Shown one piece after another: positions 17,127 through 26,054 of a stretch of 58,725 nt of DNA. Position numbers and translations under genes: made by a program. The DNA lies in NCBI GenBank assembly GCA_964628095.1, contig CAZVLR010000004.1, positions 1-58,725 of the forward strand. Reading direction: 5' to 3'. The stretch is from an uncultured Candidatus Saccharibacteria bacterium (GTDB lineage Bacteria > Patescibacteriota > Minisyncoccia > Minisyncoccales > CAZVLR01). Within the stretch, counting starts at the first letter, position 1. Each line of letters starts with the position of its first letter. Under the pieces are notes generated by a model. The model worked only from the letters and a program-made list of their open reading frames with translations, was not told the origin of the DNA and made no database searches.

Positions 17127-18836
17127 TTAACCGCCCAAAGATAAAAGCTGATTGATTTTATTGCGGGTCGAAGATCCTACGTTCCCCGTTCCCTTGGTAT
17201 AGCCCAAAGGAGCTAAAATATCAGCTGCGTATTTTTCCTGGAATTTAATTACCGCCGCCTTGGTCAGGCTTAAAAAGTTGCCGCTGATAGTGCCCGCCGG
17301 ATAAACACCCTGCGCTTTTAAAAACTGCTGCAAACAGCGCACCTGGCTGCTGTTTTTCATGCCGTAATAAAGGTTGCTGTCGATTTTTTGGCAGGAAATA
17401 TTGGAGCCGGTATTGCTTCCCTGTTGGGCCAGCAAGGTCGCAATCTGCAGCTGCAGTCGGGCGATTTCCTGCTGAAGGGTAGCAATTTGCGCCAGATATT
17501 TTGACTCCTCGCTGGTGCTGCTATTTGAGGCAACCACTGAAATGGTCAAAATGTATTGGTAATAAGGTTCCTGCTCTAAAAAATTAGCGGTTTTGCTGCT
17601 CAAAGAAGGAATAATAATCAAAGAATTGTATTTTGAGCCAAAGTCGGGCAACAAAACCAGGCCGTACTGCGAAGTGCTTAATTCTAAAAACTTTATTGTT
17701 AAATTACCCTTGATGTCTTCGACCAAATAAGGGGCTTTGAATTTTAAGTTTTGATCGCCGGTAAACTCAAGCTTTAAAGTGCCCTTGCCACCAATGATTT
17801 TTAGCCAGTTGCCGGCCCAATTCTTAGTATAGTTGGAAGAGCTTAAAATGCTTTCCCCCAAAAAAGGCAAAACGTTAAGCTGGGGTACCACTTTTATCGT
17901 TTTTAAGTTTGCGTTCAAATAGCAATATCTTAAACCCAATCTGCAGTCGTTTACATAAAGAGCCAAGGTCCAATTGGCAAAAACCTGGGAAAGATCGTCG
18001 CTAAAACCGTTTTTTTTAAGAGCCTCATTAAGAGAAACAACGCCGATTTTTGGCGATTTCATGGAATCGGAAAATATTTTCAAGCCGTATTGGTCCAAAA
18101 TATACTGGGAAAATAAATTAACCGAGGCGTAATCAATGTTGTTATTCTGCCATTCCACCAAAGAATCGCTCGGTTGCTGGGCAAAGGTTTTTACCCGGCG
18201 CTGCAGATTCGAGCTTTCAAAATTAGCGTCGTAGCCCAAAATCGTAGGCGCGATTTCAGCTCGGGCCTCGCTTAGCCACGTATCTTCAGCCGCGTTGTTA
18301 ATTTTATCTTTCTGGTTAAAGGTTATTAAGTGCACCAATTCGTGCGCCAAATAGCTTTTGGCCAGAGGCGAATCAAGGTATTTAACATTAAAATAAATCA
18401 TTTCCCGCTCGTTGGAACTAGGCACTTGGGCTTTTGGATATTCGTCGCTCTGATTGAAATATCCGGCGCTGTCTGGCTTTATTTGGGTTAATAAAACCGT
18501 AAGCTTATTATCTTTATCAATGCCCGGCTTCCATTCCGATCCAAAAGCTTCCGTTAATTTAGGATAAATTACGTTATCGAATTCCTGCGATAAAGCTGTC
18601 AGATTATCGTAAAGCGTTTTCTTTTGTTCTGAAGTCAGGCTTTGGTAGTAAACGTCTTCTATATAAAAATAGGCGTTGTTGCTCCCCTGTAAAAAAGTGG
18701 CGGAAATTTTGTCTCTCCCTGAATAATCAAAAGACGGATCAATATTAAAATTAATTTCGGTGGCTAATGCAAAAAGCGGGCAAGATAGCGAGAATAAAAA
18801 ACCCAGCAGAAATATTTTCCAATTATTTCTTTTCAT
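17127..18836 (-). CDS. Secreted HExxH zinc metallopeptidase-like protein (M30-like) with C-terminal peptidoglycan-binding domain
   Basis: Signal peptide, AGYF, SNEREMIY, LAHELVHLI, WLSEA; coiled coil, then VRCLQQFL..G.F..LTKAAVIKFQEKY..GTGNVG..TR.KIN. Confidence 0.75.
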   Translation of the reverse strand: MKRNNWKIFLLGFLFSLSCPLFALATEINFNIDPSFDYSGRDKISATFLQGSNNAYFYIEDVYYQSLTSEQKKTLYDNLTALSQEFDNVIYPKLTEAFGSEWKPGIDKDNKLTVLLTQIKPDSAGYFNQSDEYPKAQVPSSNEREMIYFNVKYLDSPLAKSYLAHELVHLITFNQKDKINNAAEDTWLSEARAEIAPTILGYDANFESSNLQRRVKTFAQQPSDSLVEWQNNNIDYASVNLFSQYILDQYGLKIFSDSMKSPKIGVVSLNEALKKNGFSDDLSQVFANWTLALYVNDCRLGLRYCYLNANLKTIKVVPQLNVLPFLGESILSSSNYTKNWAGNWLKIIGGKGTLKLEFTGDQNLKFKAPYLVEDIKGNLTIKFLELSTSQYGLVLLPDFGSKYNSLIIIPSLSSKTANFLEQEPYYQYILTISVVASNSSTSEESKYLAQIATLQQEIARLQLQIATLLAQQGSNTGSNISCQKIDSNLYYGMKNSSQVRCLQQFLKAQGVYPAGTISGNFLSLTKAAVIKFQEKYAADILAPLGYTKGTGNVGSSTRNKINQLLSLGG

Positions 18837-18878
18837 AATCTTCTCTAATCTTACAATTAATTTTAATTTATTTCAAAC

Positions 18879-18904
18879 AAAAACCCCGGTTTTTCAACCG
18901 GGGC
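18879..18904 (-). terminator. Intrinsic terminator after the large surface protein gene
   Basis: Minus strand CCCCGGTT-GAAA-AACCGGGG-TTTTTG; a second hairpin GTCCC/GGGAC at 18911-18929. Confidence 0.8.
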
Positions 18905-18943
18905 AATTGCGTCCCCACAAGGCTGGGACAAACTGAGTTTTGA

Positions 18944-21900
18944 CTAGTAGGTTAGCGTGTTTCCAGTAACCGGGATACCAAGCACCTTCTGATTGGCATT
19001 GTATGAAGCGGTTAAATTGGAAGAATCGTTCCAATAGAAGTCGCCGTTTTCAATGCTCACCGTTAAGGTTTCGTTCTTGGAGCTACTTTCGTTCATGCTG
19101 CTAGTATTAGCATACAGAGCGTAAGTTACGGTTGTTCCGCCCGGTACCGTAGTGCCAGAAACTGGATAGATTCCGACATATGCGGTTGTAGCAGAAGACG
19201 TAGCGCTGGCCCAAGAAATGCTGGTGCCAATAACCGTGCTCAAATCTGTAGTTTTGTACAGATTAAAGGCTTTATCAGTCATGGCTGAAGAAGCGTTGCC
19301 AGACAATGTGAATCTGATTGCGTTGATATCAAGGTCGTAAACGCCTTTGTTCTCAACGTCGAATCTGAAGACCTCCTTGCTGGTTCCCACCACTCCGTTG
19401 CCCGAAGGCGAACCCGAGTTTAGAGAAACTTTAGGATAAGTCGTGTAGATCCACATAGTGTTGCCCGCTTTTTCGGCATCCATGGTAATACTGCCCACAC
19501 CTATGTCAGAAGCCGAGCTGCCGCCTTGAGCCGTGATGTAATCGATATCAGTGGCCGTGGTGGAGCCGATGCTAAATGACAGGGTGCTGCCGCTAAGCGC
19601 GTTCGGGTAGCCAGAAATGTCAGCTGACAAGGTTAAGGTTAAACCGCTGGTCTTGGAAACATTTAATTCATTTCCAGACGAGAAGTTATATACGGCCTGG
19701 CCTCCGCTCAAAGCAGTTTCTGCTACTTTGGTGGAACCATTCCATAAACCAACTTTGCCAGAAACAACGTTCTGGTCTGCACCAGTACGCGTAACAACGT
19801 TTTCAGTCAATCCGTACCTTAAACCGGCAAATAGCGTGTCAGCCGCATTGCTGGCATCGCCACCTCCCAAGTATGGATTCGGGTAATCCCGAATATCAAT
19901 GGAGTAAGGTGTGGTGGCTGAAGCGTAAAGCGTAACTGCACCAGCAGTGGTGGTCGCGCTGTAAGCCACTAAACCGTCGGCTGTGCCAGAGGCATAGCAG
20001 GTGGTCGTAGCTGAGTTAAACGAACTGATAAACCTGTCGGTCGGACTGGCTGCTGCTGGGTACGAGAAGTTAAAGAGACAAGTTTGCGTGGCTGCGCCGG
20101 CAATAGAGTAATTGATAGCCCATTGTCTGCCCGCTATACCAGAAGTTGCCAATTGGTAAATCCTGGCTGCCGCAATCGAAATGGTAGCGGAAGTTGCCGA
20201 ACCATGGTGCGCGTCAAACACTAACTTGGAAATCTTAATGTCTTCGTTGACTGCCGTGAATCTCCATTTGCCCATTAACATGGTGTTGTTGTATGGGGTC
20301 ATGGCGGAAATCGGTGTGTCAGCGGCTAAAGCTACAACTAAGGTGCCAGCTGCACCAAGGAACATAGGCTGTCCGCCTACGCCGCCTGTTTCAATGGCAA
20401 TAGTAGCTGCATTACCCGACTGCACTCCGGAACCGGCAATATCAACCGCGGTAACGGTGGTGGTAGCCACGCCAAAATAGAAGGCGTTGGCATTCCCCGA
20501 GGTCGTGGTTGATTTGTTCACGTCAACTTTCACGCTGATAACTTTAGTGGTGCCCTTGGGAACAACTAATCCTAAACCGGTAAAGTCGGCGTAATAGAAT
20601 TTATCGCCGGCGGTAAAGGTTGGGACAGTGACACCCACTTGGGCGGAACCATCGTAAAGTTTGGCATTGCTTACATAAGAAGCAATGGTGTCTGGCAATA
20701 AACCGCCAGAAGTATATGGATCAGAGAAAGTTGAAGTAGCGGTGCCAGCGGTCGAAGTGGCGGTGGAAGTAGAATCGGCTGCGATTCTAATTCTGGTCAC
20801 CGTAATATCTTCGGTTGGACTGGCGGTTAATAACAATTGAAGCACTTCTACTCCAGCCGCATTCTTAATATAAGTTTGCGTGGAAGGAGTGGTAGCGGCT
20901 TTAACTGTTAAGGTCGCAGTTCCCTTGGTCATGGTGTTACCTTTTACACTCGCCCAGTTAGAGGCGGTTGGTATAATGGTGGTCGAAGAAGATCCGCCTT
21001 TGGCAGTAACATCTGATTTTTTCTGCACATAGGCGATCAACTGCGAAGCATCAGAACCAATGGGTACGTCGGCCACAACTTTTAAGTTCTTGGTGGTGTT
21101 TTTGGGAACAGTTATGTTAAGCGAAAATTCAGCATAGCCAGAAGAAACTGTAGTGTCAGTCTGCAGCAAGGTGTCGCCATCGTACAGCTTAACATTGTTA
21201 ATGTCAGCTGAATCCGCAGCGGTCGTCGCTGTGGTATTGGTGGCAAAGTAAACGTTAAATTGTGAAACGCTTACATCCTCGCCGGTTGACGTTAAGGCAA
21301 AAGTGGCAAAATTAACGTTCTGGGTTCCCAGAGCATAGTTTGCCGCGGCTGCCGTATTCGGGCTAACCGACACGGTTAAGGTACCTAATCCCAGAATTTC
21401 GTGTGTCAATTCGGTAGACGGTACCTGAGTGGTCACGCCCGCGTTAATATCTGTCTGCTGAAGATCGTTCCTTGAGCTCTTGCCATCGGCCCAAATCTGA
21501 GTGGTTGGATTGTCAATTTCAAATCCTAATAACCCAGTGCCAGTGGCTGCGCCGGAAGGAATGTCGGCTTTGACGAGAATCGTCTTGTAAGAGGATTTTT
21601 CAACGTCAAAAAGGCCGGTGGAATCATATCCGGTGGTGTGTGAGCCAAAGTTTATATAACCTGAAACCATGGACGCTGCCGCAATCGTGTTTCCGTTGGT
21701 ATCCTTTAATCTGAGGCCGGTGGCCGCATCATAAAGGGTAATATTGGAAACTCCGGAATCTGCTAAAGCAGTGCCAGTGGCGCTATGAAGCTTAACTTGG
21801 GTAACTCTAACAGCCTCGTTTGCGCCGGCAGTGAATTTGAAGGCAATAATGTCGTTTTGCGATGTGCCACGGGCGTATTGTGTTGCCGAAGGACTATAAG

Positions 21901-23296
21901 TAGTGTCTTTGGTAACGGTGAACGAGCCCATGTTAATATCGACATTGCCCACTCTCTGCGGCCAGGTGTCATTAGTGGTGTTGTAATTTACGGTGTTTCC
22001 GTAAGCAACTACCGTACCGCCGCTGTTGCTGCCGTAAGCAGTCACATCGGTTTTCTCGGTAATTTCAAAGTTAATTTTGCGGGTCTGAATGCTGGTTCCG
22101 GCGCCAACATCAACATACACGGTCAAATCCTTTGAGGTTCCGGCTGTTAATTCCAAGGGCGCGGCCGATAAATCAAAAGTGGCGGCGCTGTTGGCTAAAG
22201 AAGCAACCGTGGAACCCAATTGGGTCGACTGGTAAAAAAGTTTAATGTTGAAAACATCGGCATCAGCGGAAGAACCGACTTCGTTAACTTTTACGGATGT
22301 TATTTTCAAGGCTTCTGTTGAAGAAGCGGTTAAGGTGAATTTGGCAACTGCCTGTTCGGTAGCACCGGCAATAACCGTTGCTGAAGAGGAAGCGGCCTGT
22401 ACGTTAAGAGCGCCCACCGAAATGCCCGCAATAGTCATTGCTGAGCTTGAAATCGGGAACACTCCTGATAAAGCAACGCTTGAGCTGATTGCGCTGGCCG
22501 AGCTGATCTCGAATTTTGGCGTATCACCAACAGTTGCGTTAGCAGACATGCTGGATTTTAACGTCAAAGTTTTACAAGAATTCACTGGAATTACCCAGTT
22601 CATCGAGCCAAAAGTTGCATTGTGATCGGTGGAATTAATAGCCTGGGTTGAACCAATTTGTGTGGTTCCCTCATATAATTTGAGGTCGGAAATATCCGTA
22701 TCTTGGGCTGTACCAACTCTCGTGAAAATAATTTGAGAAATGGTGTTGCCCGCAGCTGCAGCACAGAAATTGATTTTTGCAAAAACAACGTCTTGCGCAC
22801 CCTTGGCTATGGTACTGTTAGCAGGCGTATTCGCTGCTAAAGTTACTGTATTGTTGCCACCAACTGGTCCTGGGGTTGTTCCACCGCCAGAAATAATACT
22901 GTTTAATTTTGCTCTGGTGTAGGGGCCAACCGTACCCAAACTGCCCGTACCGTATTTGGCCTGAAATAATTTCACCGCGGCTTTGGTCATTGAACCAAAA
23001 TAGCCTGTGCCTTGCATTGTTGAGCCAACTTCTTGGTTCAAGATTTTCTGAAGGCATATCACGTCGTTACCCCTTGACCCAACGGTCAAGAAGCGGGTGA
23101 AAGTAATTCCAGTACATGCGGCCGGTACGTTTCCAGTACTAGTTGCTCCTGTCTGCAATTGCGATAGCAATGCAGTTAATGAAGCGATCTGAGCTTGCAG
23201 CTCTTCAATGGTTACGCCCTGAGCAATGCCCGGGGTCATTGTCGCCATCATCATCAAACCAGCTATGGTAGCTATAATCTTTTTTGCTGTATTCAT
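18944..23296 (-). CDS. Large secreted S-layer-like surface protein with N-terminal PG-binding domain and repeated beta-sandwich modules
   Basis: Signal peptide, IEELQAQIASL coiled coil, PG-binding motif, recurrent I.NxKLYDG.TQ.G and L.V..D repeats, Thr/Ala/Ser-rich. Confidence 0.72.
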   Translation of the reverse strand: MNTAKKIIATIAGLMMMATMTPGIAQGVTIEELQAQIASLTALLSQLQTGATSTGNVPAACTGITFTRFLTVGSRGNDVICLQKILNQEVGSTMQGTGYFGSMTKAAVKLFQAKYGTGSLGTVGPYTRAKLNSIISGGGTTPGPVGGNNTVTLAANTPANSTIAKGAQDVVFAKINFCAAAAGNTISQIIFTRVGTAQDTDISDLKLYEGTTQIGSTQAINSTDHNATFGSMNWVIPVNSCKTLTLKSSMSANATVGDTPKFEISSASAISSSVALSGVFPISSSAMTIAGISVGALNVQAASSSATVIAGATEQAVAKFTLTASSTEALKITSVKVNEVGSSADADVFNIKLFYQSTQLGSTVASLANSAATFDLSAAPLELTAGTSKDLTVYVDVGAGTSIQTRKINFEITEKTDVTAYGSNSGGTVVAYGNTVNYNTTNDTWPQRVGNVDINMGSFTVTKDTTYSPSATQYARGTSQNDIIAFKFTAGANEAVRVTQVKLHSATGTALADSGVSNITLYDAATGLRLKDTNGNTIAAASMVSGYINFGSHTTGYDSTGLFDVEKSSYKTILVKADIPSGAATGTGLLGFEIDNPTTQIWADGKSSRNDLQQTDINAGVTTQVPSTELTHEILGLGTLTVSVSPNTAAAANYALGTQNVNFATFALTSTGEDVSVSQFNVYFATNTTATTAADSADINNVKLYDGDTLLQTDTTVSSGYAEFSLNITVPKNTTKNLKVVADVPIGSDASQLIAYVQKKSDVTAKGGSSSTTIIPTASNWASVKGNTMTKGTATLTVKAATTPSTQTYIKNAAGVEVLQLLLTASPTEDITVTRIRIAADSTSTATSTAGTATSTFSDPYTSGGLLPDTIASYVSNAKLYDGSAQVGVTVPTFTAGDKFYYADFTGLGLVVPKGTTKVISVKVDVNKSTTTSGNANAFYFGVATTTVTAVDIAGSGVQSGNAATIAIETGGVGGQPMFLGAAGTLVVALAADTPISAMTPYNNTMLMGKWRFTAVNEDIKISKLVFDAHHGSATSATISIAAARIYQLATSGIAGRQWAINYSIAGAATQTCLFNFSYPAAASPTDRFISSFNSATTTCYASGTADGLVAYSATTTAGAVTLYASATTPYSIDIRDYPNPYLGGGDASNAADTLFAGLRYGLTENVVTRTGADQNVVSGKVGLWNGSTKVAETALSGGQAVYNFSSGNELNVSKTSGLTLTLSADISGYPNALSGSTLSFSIGSTTATDIDYITAQGGSSASDIGVGSITMDAEKAGNTMWIYTTYPKVSLNSGSPSGNGVVGTSKEVFRFDVENKGVYDLDINAIRFTLSGNASSAMTDKAFNLYKTTDLSTVIGTSISWASATSSATTAYVGIYPVSGTTVPGGTTVTYALYANTSSMNESSSKNETLTVSIENGDFYWNDSSNLTASYNANQKVLGIPVTGNTLTY

Positions 23297-23337
23297 TATG
23301 TTTTTCTGTAATAATTAATTTATATTGTTTTTCCTCT

Positions 23338-23415
23338 GTCGCGTCGACCATTTATAATCCCGACTATTTGGGACGGCTCGCGACTTTACGTAATATTTAG
23401 TCACGAGCCTGCGAC
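23338..23415 (-). promoter_or_regulatory. Structured 5' leader (three-way junction) of the S-layer-like gene
   Basis: 11-bp stem 23375-23385/23399-23409 (one U-G pair on the minus strand), TCCC/GGGA stem, closing GTCGC/GCGAC. Confidence 0.5.
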
Positions 23416-23489
23416 TTTCCATTGTTAAAATAATAAAAAATCTCTCACTTTGTGTGAATCAATACCCGCCCTACTAGGTGTTATAACTA

Positions 23490-23518
23490 AGGTTATCATA
23501 TTCGGATAAATATCTCAA
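23490..23518 (-). promoter_or_regulatory. Putative sigma70 promoter of the S-layer-like gene
   Basis: TTGAGA-17 nt-TAACCT with TG extension. Confidence 0.45.
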
Positions 23519-23558
23519 CTCAATAAAATAATTTGGGAAGCTTTCCCCTTTTAATTAA

Positions 23559-24314
23559 TTATTTTTTATCTTCCTCTTCTTTATTGTTAATCTTTAAAAC
23601 CTGCTCCAAAGCCGCGTTGTAATCACCGCTATTAAAAGCCTGTTCAGCCAGGGTTAAAAAGCCGGCCTGCTCCTCGTTTAAAGTCCGCTTTTTAAGGTCT
23701 TGAATCAGCCAATTGGTCACGATTTTAATCGGGCTTTCCTCGCCGTTTACTTCTTCTAAACCGGCAATGCCGTATACTTTAACCAGCTTATCCTTGTTTT
23801 CCTCTAATTTCTGGGCTTGTTCGGCCAGTTTTTTAACCACAGCCGGATCAGAAGTGGTCGCTACTATCTTGGCAATGCTTTTGGCGGCTTTTGAAGCGCT
23901 TTCCTGGTACTCTTGCAGGGCCGGAGCAATCTTTTTAACTTGGTTGGTCTGGGCAATCTGGGTTAATTCATCCAGTCTTTTATTGGCAGTTACCAGCTGG
24001 GCTTCCGGTTTTTTATCGGCTGAAACCAGCACATCTCTGCTCTTTTCAGCGATTCTTTTAACCGGATAAAGCACATCGCCCGGTAAAGAGCTTTGGGCCG
24101 CAGCTACTAAGCCGACTGCCACAAAACAAAAAGTGGCAAGAGCTAAGGCCGGTTTTACGAACAAAGCTCTGAAAATAGATAAGATTGAAGGCGATTCCGG
24201 TTCAAATTCCAAGCCCTTATTCATAATCTGAGATTTAGCCAAAAACGCCCAGTCTTGGCTGGGTTTAATTTGCTTCAATTCCTTAATCTTGGCAATGAGT
24301 TCTTTATCGTTCAT
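23559..24314 (-). CDS. DUF5667 membrane protein, putative anti-sigma factor
   Basis: Single TM, then SLPGDVLYPVKR..E and KRLDEL; directly downstream of the ECF sigma. Confidence 0.72.
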   Translation of the reverse strand: MNDKELIAKIKELKQIKPSQDWAFLAKSQIMNKGLEFEPESPSILSIFRALFVKPALALATFCFVAVGLVAAAQSSLPGDVLYPVKRIAEKSRDVLVSADKKPEAQLVTANKRLDELTQIAQTNQVKKIAPALQEYQESASKAAKSIAKIVATTSDPAVVKKLAEQAQKLEENKDKLVKVYGIAGLEEVNGEESPIKIVTNWLIQDLKKRTLNEEQAGFLTLAEQAFNSGDYNAALEQVLKINNKEEEDKK

Positions 24315-24322
24315 ACTATTAT

Positions 24323-24348
24323 GACGTAAAAACAGGGGTTTTATTACA
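24323..24348 (-). promoter_or_regulatory. ECF-sigma-type promoter of the DUF5667 gene
   Basis: TGTAAT-16 nt-CGTC, 8 nt before the ATG; resembles SigX/SigW-type consensus. Confidence 0.55.
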
Positions 24349-24859
24349 CTTCTTTTGACTCTATTTTAAGCTGGTCGCGCAAAGCATTTAAGGCGCGGTG
24401 GAGTAGAACACGGGTTGCCTCTTCTGATCTGTCTAACATTAAAGAAACCTCTTTAATGGGTAGATCATCTAAATAATGCCAAATAATAACATTTTGATAG
24501 TCTTCTTTCAAGTTTACCAAAGATACCTTAATTTGCTCAACATCCAGGTTTAAAGCTGCTTTTTGGCCGACATCTTCCCTAGGGTCGATAATCGGGGTGT
24601 CTTCGGCTGAAAAAACCTGGTTTTTCCCCTTTTCCCGGTAATGGTCAATAACTAAATTGCGGGCGATTTGGTATAAGAAAGCATTGATGTTTTCGATTCT
24701 TTCCTGGTTTTGCCGGTATTTTTCCCAGCAGCGCAGAAAGGTTTCCGAGGTTAAATCCTGGGCCACATCTTGAGAATTTACTTTCAAAAAAATAAAGCGA
24801 TAGATTTTATCTATGTGCTTGTCAAAAATATGGCTGAATTGCTTTCTTAATTTATCCAT
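24344..24859 (-). CDS. ECF RNA polymerase sigma factor
   Basis: IYRFI..AQDLTSETF..AFLYQIARNLVIDHYR (region 2); region 4 LDRSEEATRVLLHRAL. Confidence 0.92.
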   Translation of the reverse strand: MDKLRKQFSHIFDKHIDKIYRFIFLKVNSQDVAQDLTSETFLRCWEKYRQNQERIENINAFLYQIARNLVIDHYREKGKNQVFSAEDTPIIDPREDVGQKAALNLDVEQIKVSLVNLKEDYQNVIIWHYLDDLPIKEVSLMLDRSEEATRVLLHRALNALRDQLKIESKEV

Positions 24860-24875
24860 AAAATCAATAGATAAT

Positions 24876-24894
24876 GATAGGACATTGTCCTATC
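24876..24894. promoter_or_regulatory. Perfect palindromic operator upstream of the ECF sigma
   Basis: GATAGGACA-T-TGTCCTATC; extra half-site TGTCCTAC at 24912-24919. Confidence 0.55.
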
Positions 24895-24915
24895 CTACCT
24901 ATATATATGTATGTC

Positions 24916-25542
24916 CTACCCCTTTAATTGGTAAAAGGTGGTGTTTCTTTCACCAATCCGCTCAACTAACCCCCTCTTTAACAGGTTTTCAAAATCTCGC
25001 CTTAAAGTTCTTTTGGTTACCTCAGGAAAGATCTTCTTAAACTCCCAAACCTGGGCCCGACCCTTTTCTTTTAGGGTTGATAATATTCTTTCGTGGCGGT
25101 TGGGCTGGTTAACAGTAAAAACAGCAGTAGTTGCCTCTGTGGAAAAGTTGTTAATATCTTTATCAATCGGCCTTATTGTTTCTTTCTTGTTTGGAATTAA
25201 AATCTGAATATTTTCCATTCTTTCTGTTTTTTCAAATAAGCTTTTTGTTAGGTTCGGCTCGCCATCCATTTCTTGATTTAGTAAATTATATCCTTTTTTC
25301 AATTCCTGGATCTTTTCCATTTTTACCCATTTTTGCAGGGCTGCCATATCCAAAAAACAGCCTAAAATATCCAGCTTTGCCTCAATTCTGGAAAAATCAG
25401 CATCTCTCTGTCCGGCAATAAAAATAGCCAGAATATCATCAGCCACTTCCCTGGTTTTATAACGCAAAGGCTCTTTCCTGGGAAAAAGCAAAGTGGTTTG
25501 GTAAAGCTTATTGGTAAGTTCAAATAAAAAATTTCGATCCAT
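24916..25542 (-). CDS. Four-helix-bundle N-terminal domain fused to a DeoR-type winged HTH
   Basis: LY..T..FP.KEPLRYK.RE.A.DIL N-terminus; C-terminus RHERIL..FPEVTKRTLRRDFENLLKRGLVERIG. Confidence 0.7.
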   Translation of the reverse strand: MDRNFLFELTNKLYQTTLLFPRKEPLRYKTREVADDILAIFIAGQRDADFSRIEAKLDILGCFLDMAALQKWVKMEKIQELKKGYNLLNQEMDGEPNLTKSLFEKTERMENIQILIPNKKETIRPIDKDINNFSTEATTAVFTVNQPNRHERILSTLKEKGRAQVWEFKKIFPEVTKRTLRRDFENLLKRGLVERIGERNTTFYQLKG

Positions 25543-25591
25543 AGGGATATTTTAACAATATATCAAAAACAACTCTTTTTTTCAAGAGAAT

Positions 25592-25624
25592 AAAAAAAGA
25601 GCGACTTAAGAGCCGCCCCTTTTT
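25592..25624 (-). terminator. Intrinsic terminator after the DUF5684 gene
   Basis: Minus strand GGGGCGGCT-CTTA-AGTCGCTCT-TTTTTT with G-U pairs. Confidence 0.7.
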
Positions 25625-25636
25625 CATTAAATTAAC

Positions 25637-25975
25637 TTAGACGGTGTTTTGAGGTTTATTATCAGAAAAAGCCATCACCCCTATAATATAAAAACCCACC
25701 AGGGGAATAATTATTAAAATGCCGTAATATTCCGGAAGATTTAGCTTTTTAGCAATTGCCATCCATAAAAGGACCGCAATAATTATATTAACAAGCGGAA
25801 TTAAAAGAAGTAGTATCCAATAAATCGGCTTATTCGCGATTACGCACATTAAATATATATTTAAAATCGGAATCCAGGCATACCAATTATTGGGCGTGTT
25901 TGTTTTTTTAGCTATAGTCTGCAGAGCATAAGCCATATAAATATATATGCCTATATAAAAAATGGTTAAATACAT
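25637..25975 (-). CDS. DUF5684-like small membrane protein
   Basis: IAKKT..NNWYAWIPILNIY..IA.KP.YWILLLLIPLVN pattern. Confidence 0.72.
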   Translation of the reverse strand: MYLTIFYIGIYIYMAYALQTIAKKTNTPNNWYAWIPILNIYLMCVIANKPIYWILLLLIPLVNIIIAVLLWMAIAKKLNLPEYYGILIIIPLVGFYIIGVMAFSDNKPQNTV

Positions 25976-26054
25976 AATTTTGTTGTTTGTTTAATTCTCG
26001 ACCTTTCTCCTTTTTATATTATAAAACAAATGGATTAAAGAGTATAATAAAAAG

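Noticed and set aside
24916-25542. Avd accessory protein of a diversity-generating retroelement
   Set aside because: No reverse transcriptase or TR/VR repeat pair was seen in the window; the domain is fused to an HTH.
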